Assembly: GCA_945486035.1 (NCBI GenBank)
Contig: CALYTB010000001.1
Span: 1,846-65,845 of the forward strand
Source: an uncultured Clostridia bacterium
GTDB taxonomy: Bacteria; Bacillota; Clostridia; Oscillospirales; Oscillospiraceae
Length of the DNA: 64,000 nt
Direction of reading: 5' to 3'
A program made the position numbers and the translations under genes. Below, piece after piece: positions 19,675-28,436 of this stretch; position 1 is the first letter of the stretch, and every line of letters starts with the position of its first letter. The notes beneath the pieces were generated by a model. It was not told the origin of the DNA, did no database searches, and saw nothing but the letters and a program-made list of their open reading frames with translations.

Positions 19675-20841
19675 ATGGATACAAAACAGAAAAATCCGGA
19701 AGCCCCCCGGAAGGTTCCCCAGAAACGAAGGCCTCCTTCGGATGGGACAAGACCTGGTCAGCCGCAAACTCGCCGGCAGGGGGAGTATAAGCGGACCCCG
19801 CCCCAGGGCGCCAGTGTCTACGGCGCCCCTACGGGAGGACGGCCCGCCGCGCCCAGCAGGACCGTGGGGAAAAAGCCCAAGAAGGAAACAACCCTGCAGA
19901 AGCTGCTGAAAAAGGGCACCTCCGCGGCGAAAAAGGCGAATTCCTCCCGGGAAAAGGTGATCCGCGCCCAGAAGCAGATGCAGTCCCAGCGCAAAAAAAA
20001 GCGGGCAAGACAGTTTGACACCCCGGCGGTAATCTATACCGACCCCAAACCCTTCAACCGGACCAGACTGCTGGTCCAGCTGATGACGGTAGCGGCGGTG
20101 GTGATTGCGCTGGTGCTGGGGCTGTCCGTATTCTTTAAGGTGAAAACCATCACCGTTGCCGGCGCGGAAATCTACAGTCCCTGGAAAGTCCGGGAGGCTT
20201 CGGGAATCTCCGAGGGAGACAACCTGCTGACCTTCAGCCGTGCCAGCGCCATCGCCAAAATCCGCTCGGAGCTTTCCTATGTGGACAAAGTGAGAATTGG
20301 TATAAAACTGCCCGATACGGTTAATATTTACATTGAAGAGCTGGAAGTGGTCTACGCCATCAAGTCCCAGGACGGCATCTGGTGGCTGATGACCTCGGAC
20401 GGTAGAATGGTACAGCAGTCGGACAGCGCGTCCGCGGAAAAGTATACCAAGGTACTGGGCGTGGCTGTGGAGAGCCCGCAGGTAAACGCCCAGGCCATTG
20501 CCGTGGAGGCGGTTCCCACCGAAACCGGGGAATCCGGCGAAACGGTACCCGTCACCGTGACCGGCGCACAAAGGCTGTCTGCGGCTTTGCAGATTCTCAA
20601 GGCGCTGGAGGCCAACGATATTGTAGGTGAAGCAGCCAGCGTGGATGTTTCCAGCACCAACGCCATCGAGCTTTGGTATGGCCTTCGGTATCAGGTCAAT
20701 CTGGGGGACACGGCCAATATGGAGTACAAGATCGCCTGTATGAATGATGCGATTCTCCAGCTCAGCGACTACCAGACCGGGAAGCTGGATATCAGCTTTA
20801 CCACCGGGGGAGAACAGGTGATTTATACCCCCTTCTCCTGA
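19675..20841 (+). CDS. divIB: FtsQ/DivIB-type POTRA cell division protein
   Basis: Basic disordered N-terminus, one TM, POTRA (FKVKTITVAG...LPDTVNIYIEE); upstream of ftsZ. Confidence 0.8.
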   Translation: MDTKQKNPEAPRKVPQKRRPPSDGTRPGQPQTRRQGEYKRTPPQGASVYGAPTGGRPAAPSRTVGKKPKKETTLQKLLKKGTSAAKKANSSREKVIRAQKQMQSQRKKKRARQFDTPAVIYTDPKPFNRTRLLVQLMTVAAVVIALVLGLSVFFKVKTITVAGAEIYSPWKVREASGISEGDNLLTFSRASAIAKIRSELSYVDKVRIGIKLPDTVNIYIEELEVVYAIKSQDGIWWLMTSDGRMVQQSDSASAEKYTKVLGVAVESPQVNAQAIAVEAVPTETGESGETVPVTVTGAQRLSAALQILKALEANDIVGEAASVDVSSTNAIELWYGLRYQVNLGDTANMEYKIACMNDAILQLSDYQTGKLDISFTTGGEQVIYTPFS

Positions 20842-20898
20842 AGAAAAGCCAAAATATGAGGATAATGTAAATATTTTAGCGAAGAAACAGATTTTCTA

Positions 20899-20927
20899 TT
20901 GACCAAATCGCAATTTGGGGATAGAAT
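20899..20927 (+). promoter_or_regulatory. sigmaA promoter of ftsZ
   Basis: TTGACC-17 bp-TAGAAT. Confidence 0.6.
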
Positions 20928-21002
20928 ATATGAGTATAGCTGAAATTCCCGGCAGCGCCCTCCTGGGCTCTGCTGCCAATCGATACATAGGAGGAAGAGC
21001 AT

Positions 21003-22121
21003 ATGTCCGAAAGTTTGCAGGATCGCGTTGTAAAAATTAAGGTAATCGGTGTCGGCGGCGCCGGAAATAATGTTATCAACCGGATGATCGATGCCGGTGT
21101 CGGCGGCGTGGATTTTGTTGTGGTCAACACGGACAAGCAGGACCTGAACAAGTCCGTTTGCAAGAATAAGATTCAGATCGGCGAGAAGCTGACCGGAGGC
21201 ATGGGCGCCGGCTCCAAGCCAGAGATCGGCCGCAAGTCTGCCGAGGAATCCCGCGCTGCCATCTCCAAGGCCCTGGAAGGCACCGACATGGTGTTCATTA
21301 CCGCCGGTATGGGCGGCGGAACCGGCACCGGCGCGGCTCCCATCGTGGCGGATCTGGCTCACGAGGCCGGAATTCTCACCGTGGGCGTGGTAACCAAGCC
21401 CTTCAAATTTGAGGGTGCCAACCGGATGCGCCAGGCTGAGCAGGGCATTTCCGACCTGAGCGGAAAGCTGGACTCCCTGATCATCATCCCCAACGACCGG
21501 CTGAAGTACGTGACCGATCAGAAGATTACCTTCGCCAATGCCTTCGGCATTGCCGATGACGTTCTGAAGCAGGCGGTTACTTCCATTTCCGAACTGGTTG
21601 GCTTCTCCAAGAACGTGATTATCAATCTGGACTTCGCCGACGTTTCCACCGTCATGAAGGATGCGGGCCGGGCCCATATGGGTGTTGGCACCGCCTCCGG
21701 CCGGGAGAAGGCGGAGCAGGCCGCCACGGCTGCCGTTTCCAGCCCCCTGCTGGAAACCTCCATCAACGGTGCCACCGGTGTTCTGGTGAATGTGACAGGC
21801 TCCGCTGAAATGACCCTGGACGATGTGGAGACCGCTGCCGGAATCGTGCAGGAGGCCGCCAACCCCGATGCCAATATCATTTTCGGCGCCACCTGCTCCG
21901 ATGAGTTCCAGGATGAGATGCGGGTTACCGTTATTGCCACCGGCTTTGATCTGCAGCCTGAGAGTTTCGTTCCCAGAACTGCCGCGGCAAAGACCGCTCC
22001 CGCCGAGAAGGGATTCGTACCCGAGGACATCGATACCCCTGTGGCTGCTGCCAGACAGCAGCCTGTGAAACCGGCGGATGTCAGCGACATTGACGAGATT
22101 TTCAGCATTTTTAAGCGCTGA
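21003..22121 (+). CDS. ftsZ: Cell division protein FtsZ
   Basis: IKVIGVGGAGNN, GMGGGTGTG, INLDFADV. Confidence 0.98.
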   Translation: MSESLQDRVVKIKVIGVGGAGNNVINRMIDAGVGGVDFVVVNTDKQDLNKSVCKNKIQIGEKLTGGMGAGSKPEIGRKSAEESRAAISKALEGTDMVFITAGMGGGTGTGAAPIVADLAHEAGILTVGVVTKPFKFEGANRMRQAEQGISDLSGKLDSLIIIPNDRLKYVTDQKITFANAFGIADDVLKQAVTSISELVGFSKNVIINLDFADVSTVMKDAGRAHMGVGTASGREKAEQAATAAVSSPLLETSINGATGVLVNVTGSAEMTLDDVETAAGIVQEAANPDANIIFGATCSDEFQDEMRVTVIATGFDLQPESFVPRTAAAKTAPAEKGFVPEDIDTPVAAARQQPVKPADVSDIDEIFSIFKR

Positions 22122-22132
22122 GCAGCTGCGAT

Positions 22133-22168
22133 GCATCCCGGCCCATTGAATCGGGTCGGGATGCTTTT
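22133..22168 (+). terminator. Intrinsic terminator after ftsZ
   Basis: GCATCCCGGCCC / GGGTCGGGATGC plus TTTT. Confidence 0.7.
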
Positions 22169-22191
22169 GCGTTGGGAAGAGGAGGACGGCC

Positions 22192-22941
22192 ATGGAAGCT
22201 TATGGCGCGCTGGCGGAAAGCTATGACCGCCTGACAAATGATGTGGACTATGGAGCCACGGTGGAATTCTATGATGAGATTCTGAAACGGGAGGGGGTCA
22301 CCCCCCGGTCCGTGGCGGATCTTGCCTGCGGGACAGGCTCCGTGGGCATCCTCTTCGCCCAAAGGGGATTGCGGGTCATCGGTGTGGATATTTCCGAGGA
22401 AATGCTGACTGTGGCACAGCAAAAGGCGGCAGGACTGGAGAACCCTCCCAGGTTTATCTGCCAGAGTCTTCAGGAGCTGACCCTTTCCAGGGCGGTGGAC
22501 TTGGCAGTCTGTGCTTTGGACAGCCTTGATTACATCCTTAATCCCGATGACTGCGCCCGGGCAATCCGCCGGGTATTCAGGGCGCTGAACCCGGGGGGCG
22601 TTTTTATTTTCGATGTAAACACGCCCCGGAAGCTTCGTGCCATGGACGGCCAGGTTTTCCTGGATGAGGACGAGGATGTCTACTGTGTCTGGCGGGGAGA
22701 GTTTGACGAAAAAGCCAATATCTGCTCCTATGGAATGGATTTATTTCAGCGCCGGGGGAAGATCTGGGTCCGTTCCTTTGAGGAGCACCGGGAATATGCC
22801 TATTCCCGGGAACAGCTGGTGGGATATCTCAGGAGCGCGGGCTTCAGCCGGATTGAGGTGTTCGGTGACCGGGAGTTCCGGGAGCCTGGGCCGGAGGAAC
22901 AGAGAATCTATATCAAAGCGAGAAAGGGAATTGTCAAATGA
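22192..22941 (+). CDS. Class I SAM-dependent methyltransferase
   Basis: ADLACGTG, GVDISEEML, PGGVFIFD. Confidence 0.88.
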   Translation: MEAYGALAESYDRLTNDVDYGATVEFYDEILKREGVTPRSVADLACGTGSVGILFAQRGLRVIGVDISEEMLTVAQQKAAGLENPPRFICQSLQELTLSRAVDLAVCALDSLDYILNPDDCARAIRRVFRALNPGGVFIFDVNTPRKLRAMDGQVFLDEDEDVYCVWRGEFDEKANICSYGMDLFQRRGKIWVRSFEEHREYAYSREQLVGYLRSAGFSRIEVFGDREFREPGPEEQRIYIKARKGIVK

Positions 22942-23816
22942 AGGATTATCTTGTTCGCGGCATGAGCATGGACGGTTTTGTGAAGGCCGTTGGGATCCGC
23001 TCCACCGAGCTGGTCAAAAGGGGAGCCCAAATCCAGAAAACTACCCCCAACGCCACCGCGGCCTTTGGGCGAGCGCTTACCGCCGCTTCCATGATGGGCA
23101 ATATGCAGAAGGTGGATAACGGTTCCCTGACACTTCAGGTGCGGGGCGGCGGGCCCATCGGAACCATTACCGTGGTTTCGGATGCGGCTGGCAATGTACG
23201 CGGATGTGTAACCGAGCCGAAGGTTCCGTTGGTTGAAAAGTATCCGGGAAAGCTGGATGTGGGAGCCACCGTGGGAACGGACGGAACCCTGACGGTAATC
23301 CGGGATCTGCAGATGAAGGAGCCCTATATCGGCTCCACGGAGCTGGTTTCGGGCGAGATTGGGGACGATGTGACTGCGTACTTTGTCCAGAGTGAGCAGA
23401 CCCCTACGGCCTGTGCGCTGGGTGTGTTGGTGGACCGGGATCTGAGCGTGAAGGTCGCGGGGGGATATCTGCTGCAGCTGCTCCCCAACGCGCCGGAGGA
23501 GGTTGTTGACAAGCTGGAGAAGGGAATTCAGCGCTCCGGCGCGGTAACGCCTATGCTGGATGCCGGGATGACCCCCGAGGAGATTCTGGGGCAGGTGATG
23601 GGGGACCTGGGCGTGGTGTTCCTGGAGACCACTGAGGTTTCCTACAAGTGCTACTGCTCCCGGCACCGGGTGGAGAGCGCGCTGATCAGTCTGGGCAGAA
23701 AGGAACTGGAGGAAATCGCCGGGGAAGGAGAGGCTTTCCCGGTGGAGTGTCAGTTCTGTGACCAGATTTACCGCTTTACCCCGGAGGATATCCGGCTGCT
23801 GCTGAAGAAGATCTGA
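22938..23816 (+). CDS. hslO: Hsp33 redox-regulated chaperone
   Basis: YFVQSEQTP, AGGYLLQLLP, CYC...CQFC zinc centre. Confidence 0.95.
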   Translation: MKDYLVRGMSMDGFVKAVGIRSTELVKRGAQIQKTTPNATAAFGRALTAASMMGNMQKVDNGSLTLQVRGGGPIGTITVVSDAAGNVRGCVTEPKVPLVEKYPGKLDVGATVGTDGTLTVIRDLQMKEPYIGSTELVSGEIGDDVTAYFVQSEQTPTACALGVLVDRDLSVKVAGGYLLQLLPNAPEEVVDKLEKGIQRSGAVTPMLDAGMTPEEILGQVMGDLGVVFLETTEVSYKCYCSRHRVESALISLGRKELEEIAGEGEAFPVECQFCDQIYRFTPEDIRLLLKKI

Positions 23817-23862
23817 GGAAGGATACCGAAATGCGTTTTCGGACAACGGAAGGGAGTGATGC

Positions 23863-24921
23863 TTGATGGATTTGTATTCGGCTGTAATCTTGATTACCAT
23901 GCTGTTCCTTCTGATTACCGTTACGGACATTTCTGCCAACCGTCTGGTGACGAAAGCCACAAAGCATCGCGCGGTAATTACAACTCTTCTGATTGCCGTA
24001 TCCGCGTTGGGGGAGTGCGTGGGGGTGCTGACAAACGGCGCTGCCGCCTTCCTGCTGTTTCCCCATAAAATCGCGAAGGCAGTTGAGTTCAGTGTGGCTC
24101 CGGCAACTGGCGTTGCTGCCGCGATTGCCTACGGTGACCCGAAGAAACCAAAGCTGGCCATGGCTCTTGTTTTGGCCCATGCGGTGTTTGAATGGATCGG
24201 TGTACATTTTGAATGGGTTTTCAGCGTGGATGCCGGGAATGTCTATCACCGGGAGGGACTATACGGGGTCTATGTGGTCATGTTTATCCTCTCTGTGACT
24301 TACTGCTTTATCAGTATAATCCGCGGTGGGAAGGCGTATCAAATCGGAATTGACGGGGTTCTCGTTTTGACGCTCCTGATGCTTGCGGTAGGAATCGGAA
24401 TACAGTTTGTGTTTTCGGGAATCCGGATTGATTACCTGTGCATTTCCATGGGCAATATGCTCTTCTACATCCGCCACTATAAGATCATGCTGCAGGTGGA
24501 CGCGGTTACCGGATTGCTTAACCGCAGGTGCTATGATGTGAATATCACGGATATCGGATCCCGGGCTGTGGTTTTGCTGTTTGACATTGATAAGTTCAAA
24601 CAGGTAAATGATACCTACGGACATTCCACGGGGGATGCCTGTCTGCGGAAGGTTGCTCAGCAGCTGTTCAGTATTTACGGGAAATGCGGCCTTTGTTACC
24701 GCGTTGGCGGGGACGAATTCTGCGTGATTCTTCAGGAAAACATTGAACAAACGGAAGAAATGAACCGCCGTTTTGCGGCTGCCATCGAACAGCTCCGGGA
24801 AGAAGACGGGTCAATGCCGGGGGTCTCTGTGGGGTACGCATATTATGACGAAGCAACCGCCCATATTCAGGATGTGGTCGGGGAAGCGGATGCTATGTTG
24901 TATCACAATAAAAACGGGTAG
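23863..24921 (+). CDS. Membrane-bound diguanylate cyclase
   Basis: About 7 TM helices, then DAVTGLLNRR, DIDKFKQVNDTYGH, RVGGDEF. Confidence 0.92.
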   Translation: MMDLYSAVILITMLFLLITVTDISANRLVTKATKHRAVITTLLIAVSALGECVGVLTNGAAAFLLFPHKIAKAVEFSVAPATGVAAAIAYGDPKKPKLAMALVLAHAVFEWIGVHFEWVFSVDAGNVYHREGLYGVYVVMFILSVTYCFISIIRGGKAYQIGIDGVLVLTLLMLAVGIGIQFVFSGIRIDYLCISMGNMLFYIRHYKIMLQVDAVTGLLNRRCYDVNITDIGSRAVVLLFDIDKFKQVNDTYGHSTGDACLRKVAQQLFSIYGKCGLCYRVGGDEFCVILQENIEQTEEMNRRFAAAIEQLREEDGSMPGVSVGYAYYDEATAHIQDVVGEADAMLYHNKNG

Positions 24922-25085
24922 GGGCTTGTGCTTCCGGGGGGCGGAGTTTACGCTTCTGTTTCGGCAGAGTGTATGTACACCTGCGCATTCGGGAAGGAAG
25001 TCTCAGGAACTCCATCTGTTTTTGATATGAAGCTATATGCATATCGTAAAGATGTATGTTTATCAGCTTTGCTGAGTATGGCGAC

Positions 25086-25273
25086 AAATTGTTGTTTGCA
25101 GATCAGTTTTGGAAATGTCGGAATAACACTGTAGGGGAGCCATTCATGGCTCCCGGCGGTGAAATGATCCGATATCCTCCGCATTTCGGCGAAAACGTAC
25201 TGCGTTACGGGAGCCATGAATGGCTCCCCTACAGTAAGGACGAAGTGCGTTTGAAATCTTCAAACAACAATTT
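25086..25273. repeat. IR-bounded palindromic element, copy 3 (inner family B, GTAG-type REP doublet)
   Basis: AAATTGTTGTTT...AAACAACAATTT enclosing TGTAGGGGAGCCATTCATGGCTCCC and its reverse complement. Confidence 0.9.
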
Positions 25274-25374
25274 GCTGAACTACTGAGAAAAGCTGATGAG
25301 TATAGAAAAGCTTTCGGGCCGTGGCCAATGAATAGAAGCAGCACCCTTCCGGGAGTTCCGGAAGGGTGCTGCAT

Positions 25375-25638
25375 TTACGGTTTGAGGAAAAGGACAATTC
25401 CCGCCCCGATTTGCAGGGCGAGGAGCAGGGGGATTCCAACGGTGAATTTGGGGTGCCGGGTTTTGTGGCGGACGGTGTACATACCCAGCAGTGCGCCCAA
25501 GCTGCCGCCCAGCGCGGCGGTGGTCATCAGGACTGCTTCCGGGATTCTCCATTGCTTTTTTCTGGCGCGGTGCTTATCCGCAAGCATAAGTGAAAAGGCC
25601 AGAGCATTGATTAGAGTGAGGTACAGGCAAAGTATCAT
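25375..25638 (-). CDS. DUF1294 family small membrane protein
   Basis: DKHRARKKQWRIPEAVL...GGSLGALLGMYTVRHKTRH. Confidence 0.88.
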   Translation of the reverse strand: MILCLYLTLINALAFSLMLADKHRARKKQWRIPEAVLMTTAALGGSLGALLGMYTVRHKTRHPKFTVGIPLLLALQIGAGIVLFLKP

Positions 25639-25666
25639 CGAGGATTCCTTTCGGGAGGGGTTGGAA

Positions 25667-26152
25667 ATGAAAAAACTGGTATGGCTGTTGATTCCGCTGC
25701 TGCTGGCCGGCTGCGGTGCCAGGGAAACCATGGAAACCGTGGCGGATACTCCGTTGGAGGTGCGGGAGGTATCCCAGAGACAGATTTGTGTGGAGCTGCC
25801 GGACGATGCGGCGGTTCCCACGGCGCAGACGGACAGCGGACGGATTTATCTGTGCAAGGACTATGAAATCGTGATCCAGACCTTGGAAGCCGGAGATGTG
25901 GACAAAACCATCCGGGAGCTGTCCGGCTATGACCGGGACAGTCTGACGGTGGTGAAAACAAGGGCAGAGGGAGCGGATCGGTACGATTTTGTATGGGCAG
26001 CCTCCGGGGAAGAGGGACAGCAGCTGGGCAGGGCGGTGATCCTGGACGACGGAAACTACCACTATACCATGACGGTGCTGAAGGATGCGGAGGCGACGAA
26101 AAAGACCCAGGTGGTATGGAGAAGGGTATTTGAATCCTTCTGTCTGGCTTAG
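25667..26152 (+). CDS. Lipoprotein of unknown function
   Basis: MKKLVWLLIPLLLAGC lipobox; GGGAGG RBS. Confidence 0.75.
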   Translation: MKKLVWLLIPLLLAGCGARETMETVADTPLEVREVSQRQICVELPDDAAVPTAQTDSGRIYLCKDYEIVIQTLEAGDVDKTIRELSGYDRDSLTVVKTRAEGADRYDFVWAASGEEGQQLGRAVILDDGNYHYTMTVLKDAEATKKTQVVWRRVFESFCLA

Positions 26153-27135
26153 GGTGTGGTGTACTGCGCCATAGCCTCCCGGCACAGCTGGACGCATTCG
26201 TCAATGACACTCCGGGGGTGCAGGATTTGCGCTTTGGCTCCGAAGCCGATGACCCAGCTGAGGAACATGGGGGACACGGCCACCTTCACGGTGAAGAGGA
26301 AATGCTCCTCGCCGTCGGGGATCAGCATGGTATCCCTGCCGAAGCGGTCCATAACCACATTCACAAGATCCCGGTGAAACCGGAGCTTGACCGTGGTGGG
26401 TTCCCCGGCGTACATCTGAAACAGCCGGTTGGCGTGCTCCGTCAGGGCCTTGCCGGTAAGCTCCGGGCAGGGGACACGCTTCTCTTCGGACAGCCGGATA
26501 TCGCTCATCCGGTCCACCCGATAGCTGGTAACCCCGTGCCGGGGAGACAGGGCCAGAAGGTAGCAGTTTTCGTGGTCCTGACACAGGCCGTAAGGGCTGG
26601 CAATGTAGCTTTTGTCCCGGTAGTGCCGCTTCCCGTCGATATCCCAGTCAAAATAGCGAAAGACAATCTGCTTGTTATGGGCGATGGCCTCCTGAATGGC
26701 ATCCACGTTATAGTAGATGGTTTCGTTCATGCTCTTTACCCGGCCTGAAACCAGAACATCCCGGCGCATGAGCTTGGCATCGTAGACACTGCACTGGCTG
26801 CACAGCTTCTCAATGAGCTCCCGGGATTTGCGCGCGGTGAGGAACCGGCTGGACTGAACGGCATCAATGAGCAGCTTTAGCTCCGGAAGCTCAAAATTCC
26901 GGGAGGCGATGTAATAGCCTCCATTCTTTCCGGGGAGGGAGACGATATCCACGCCGTACTCCTGGAGGGCCGCGATATCCGAATAGACGGTTTTGCGGTC
27001 GCAGACAATATTGTGCTGCCGCTCCAGCATGGCCAGCAGCTCCGAGGCTCTCACCGGGTGGTCCTGGTGAGAGTTTCTTTGCAGATAATCAAGGATATAG
27101 AAGATCTTCAGCTTCTGGTTGTCGGATTTAGACAT
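26149..27135 (-). CDS. HTH-WYL-WCX transcriptional regulator
   Basis: N-terminal winged HTH (DRKTVYSDIAAL), SPYGL...YLL, YRVDRM, WVIGFG. Confidence 0.9.
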   Translation of the reverse strand: MSKSDNQKLKIFYILDYLQRNSHQDHPVRASELLAMLERQHNIVCDRKTVYSDIAALQEYGVDIVSLPGKNGGYYIASRNFELPELKLLIDAVQSSRFLTARKSRELIEKLCSQCSVYDAKLMRRDVLVSGRVKSMNETIYYNVDAIQEAIAHNKQIVFRYFDWDIDGKRHYRDKSYIASPYGLCQDHENCYLLALSPRHGVTSYRVDRMSDIRLSEEKRVPCPELTGKALTEHANRLFQMYAGEPTTVKLRFHRDLVNVVMDRFGRDTMLIPDGEEHFLFTVKVAVSPMFLSWVIGFGAKAQILHPRSVIDECVQLCREAMAQYTTP

Positions 27136-27243
27136 AGGAATCCCTCCCTTCTCCAAGTATAGCATATCCGCGCTGCCATGGAAACGGAAAATTTGATTTT
27201 TTTTCAGAAATGTGATATGGTATGGCGAAAGGAGAGATTGCAT

Positions 27244-28071
27244 ATGATTTACGCGGGATGTCATTTATCCGCTACGGCGGGCTGCGAAGCCATGGTGCGC
27301 ACGGCGTTGGACATTGGGGCCAATACCTTCGCCTTCTTTACCCGTAATCCCCGTGGAAGCCGGGCGAAAAAGGAGGATTCCGGCGATGCGGCCAGGGCGA
27401 TGGCGTTGCTGGAAGAAAATCGGTTTGGACCCCTGGTTGCCCACGGGGCGTATACCATGAATCTGTGCACGGCAGAGCCTGAGGCGAGAGCCTTCGCGGC
27501 GGAGGTGCTGCAGGATGATCTGCGCCGAATGGCGGCGCTGCCGGGGCAGTATTACAATTTCCATCCAGGCAGTCATGTGGGACGGGGAACCGAGGCGGGG
27601 ATTGAGGACATTGCCGCCGCCCTGAGAAAAGCGCTGGAGCATGGGTATCCCGTGACGGTTCTGCTGGAAACCATGGCGGGAAAGGGCAGCGAAATCGGCG
27701 GAAGTTTCCGGGAACTGAAATGGATTCTGGACGCGGTGGGCTCAAGCAGCGTGGGCGTATGCCTGGATACCTGCCATGTTTACGACGGCGGCTATGATAT
27801 TGTGGGGAATCTGGATGGGGTGCTGGCGGAATTTGATGCGGTGATTGGGCTGGACAGGCTGAAAGCTCTGCATGTCAATGATTCCAAGAATCCCATGGGA
27901 AGCCGCAAGGACCGGCATGAGTGCCTGGGGAAGGGGAGCCTGGGATACGATACCTTCCGGGCCATCGTCAATCACCCCCGGCTTCGGGGGCTGCCCATGA
28001 TTCTGGAGACACCCAATGAGCTTCCGGGCTATGCCGAGGAGATCCGTTGGCTTCGCAGCGCGGAGAATTGA
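27244..28071 (+). CDS. nfo: Endonuclease IV (AP endonuclease)
   Basis: FFTRNPRG, HGAY, NFHPGSH, LETMAGKG, CLDTCH, HVNDSK, DRH, ILETP. Confidence 0.95.
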   Translation: MIYAGCHLSATAGCEAMVRTALDIGANTFAFFTRNPRGSRAKKEDSGDAARAMALLEENRFGPLVAHGAYTMNLCTAEPEARAFAAEVLQDDLRRMAALPGQYYNFHPGSHVGRGTEAGIEDIAAALRKALEHGYPVTVLLETMAGKGSEIGGSFRELKWILDAVGSSSVGVCLDTCHVYDGGYDIVGNLDGVLAEFDAVIGLDRLKALHVNDSKNPMGSRKDRHECLGKGSLGYDTFRAIVNHPRLRGLPMILETPNELPGYAEEIRWLRSAEN

Positions 28072-28095
28072 TTGGGAACAAGGGGAAAGAAAGGA

Positions 28096-28336
28096 AAATT
28101 GTTGTTTACAGTTTTCAAACGCACTTCGTCCTTGTTGTAGGGGAGCCATTCATGGCTCCCGTGGGGCAGTACGTTTTCGCCGAAATGCGGAGTAAATCGG
28201 AACAATGTACCGCCGGGAGCCATGAATGGCTCCCCTACAGTTGGATTTGGGCATTTTGATCATTCTGAAAGGATGCCAAAATTGTCAACTGTCAACTGTC
28301 AATTGTCAATTCGGCGAAGCCGCTAAACAACAATCT
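28096..28336. repeat. IR-bounded palindromic element, copy 4 (family B plus heptamer array)
   Basis: AAATTGTTGTTT...AAACAACAATCT; GTAG REP doublet; four AAYTGTC units at 28280-28307. Confidence 0.9.
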
Positions 28337-28436
28337 TCCTTTCCTGTGTAGACGTATTAAAGAATTGTTAATTTGACAGCGGGCAATTTTTGTGTCATGC
28401 TAAGCTTGATTTTACAATAGAAGGGACGGTGACGGT

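Noticed and set aside
6811-22193. Long antisense or alternative-frame ORFs over clpC and dcw genes (e.g. 18478-20571, 20823-22193; also 39377-41581, 53479-55140, 58705-60108)
   Set aside because: Shadow ORFs expected from GC-rich codon usage opposite well-supported genes; no recognisable motifs.
24922-25085. Possible c-di-GMP riboswitch or gene remnant next to the GGDEF gene
   Set aside because: No GEMM-type motifs and no credible ORF visible.
28280-28311. Tandem repeats as a possible CRISPR array (also the His-codon repeats at about 40030-40275)
   Set aside because: Seven-bp or codon-level units with no unique spacers and no cas genes.
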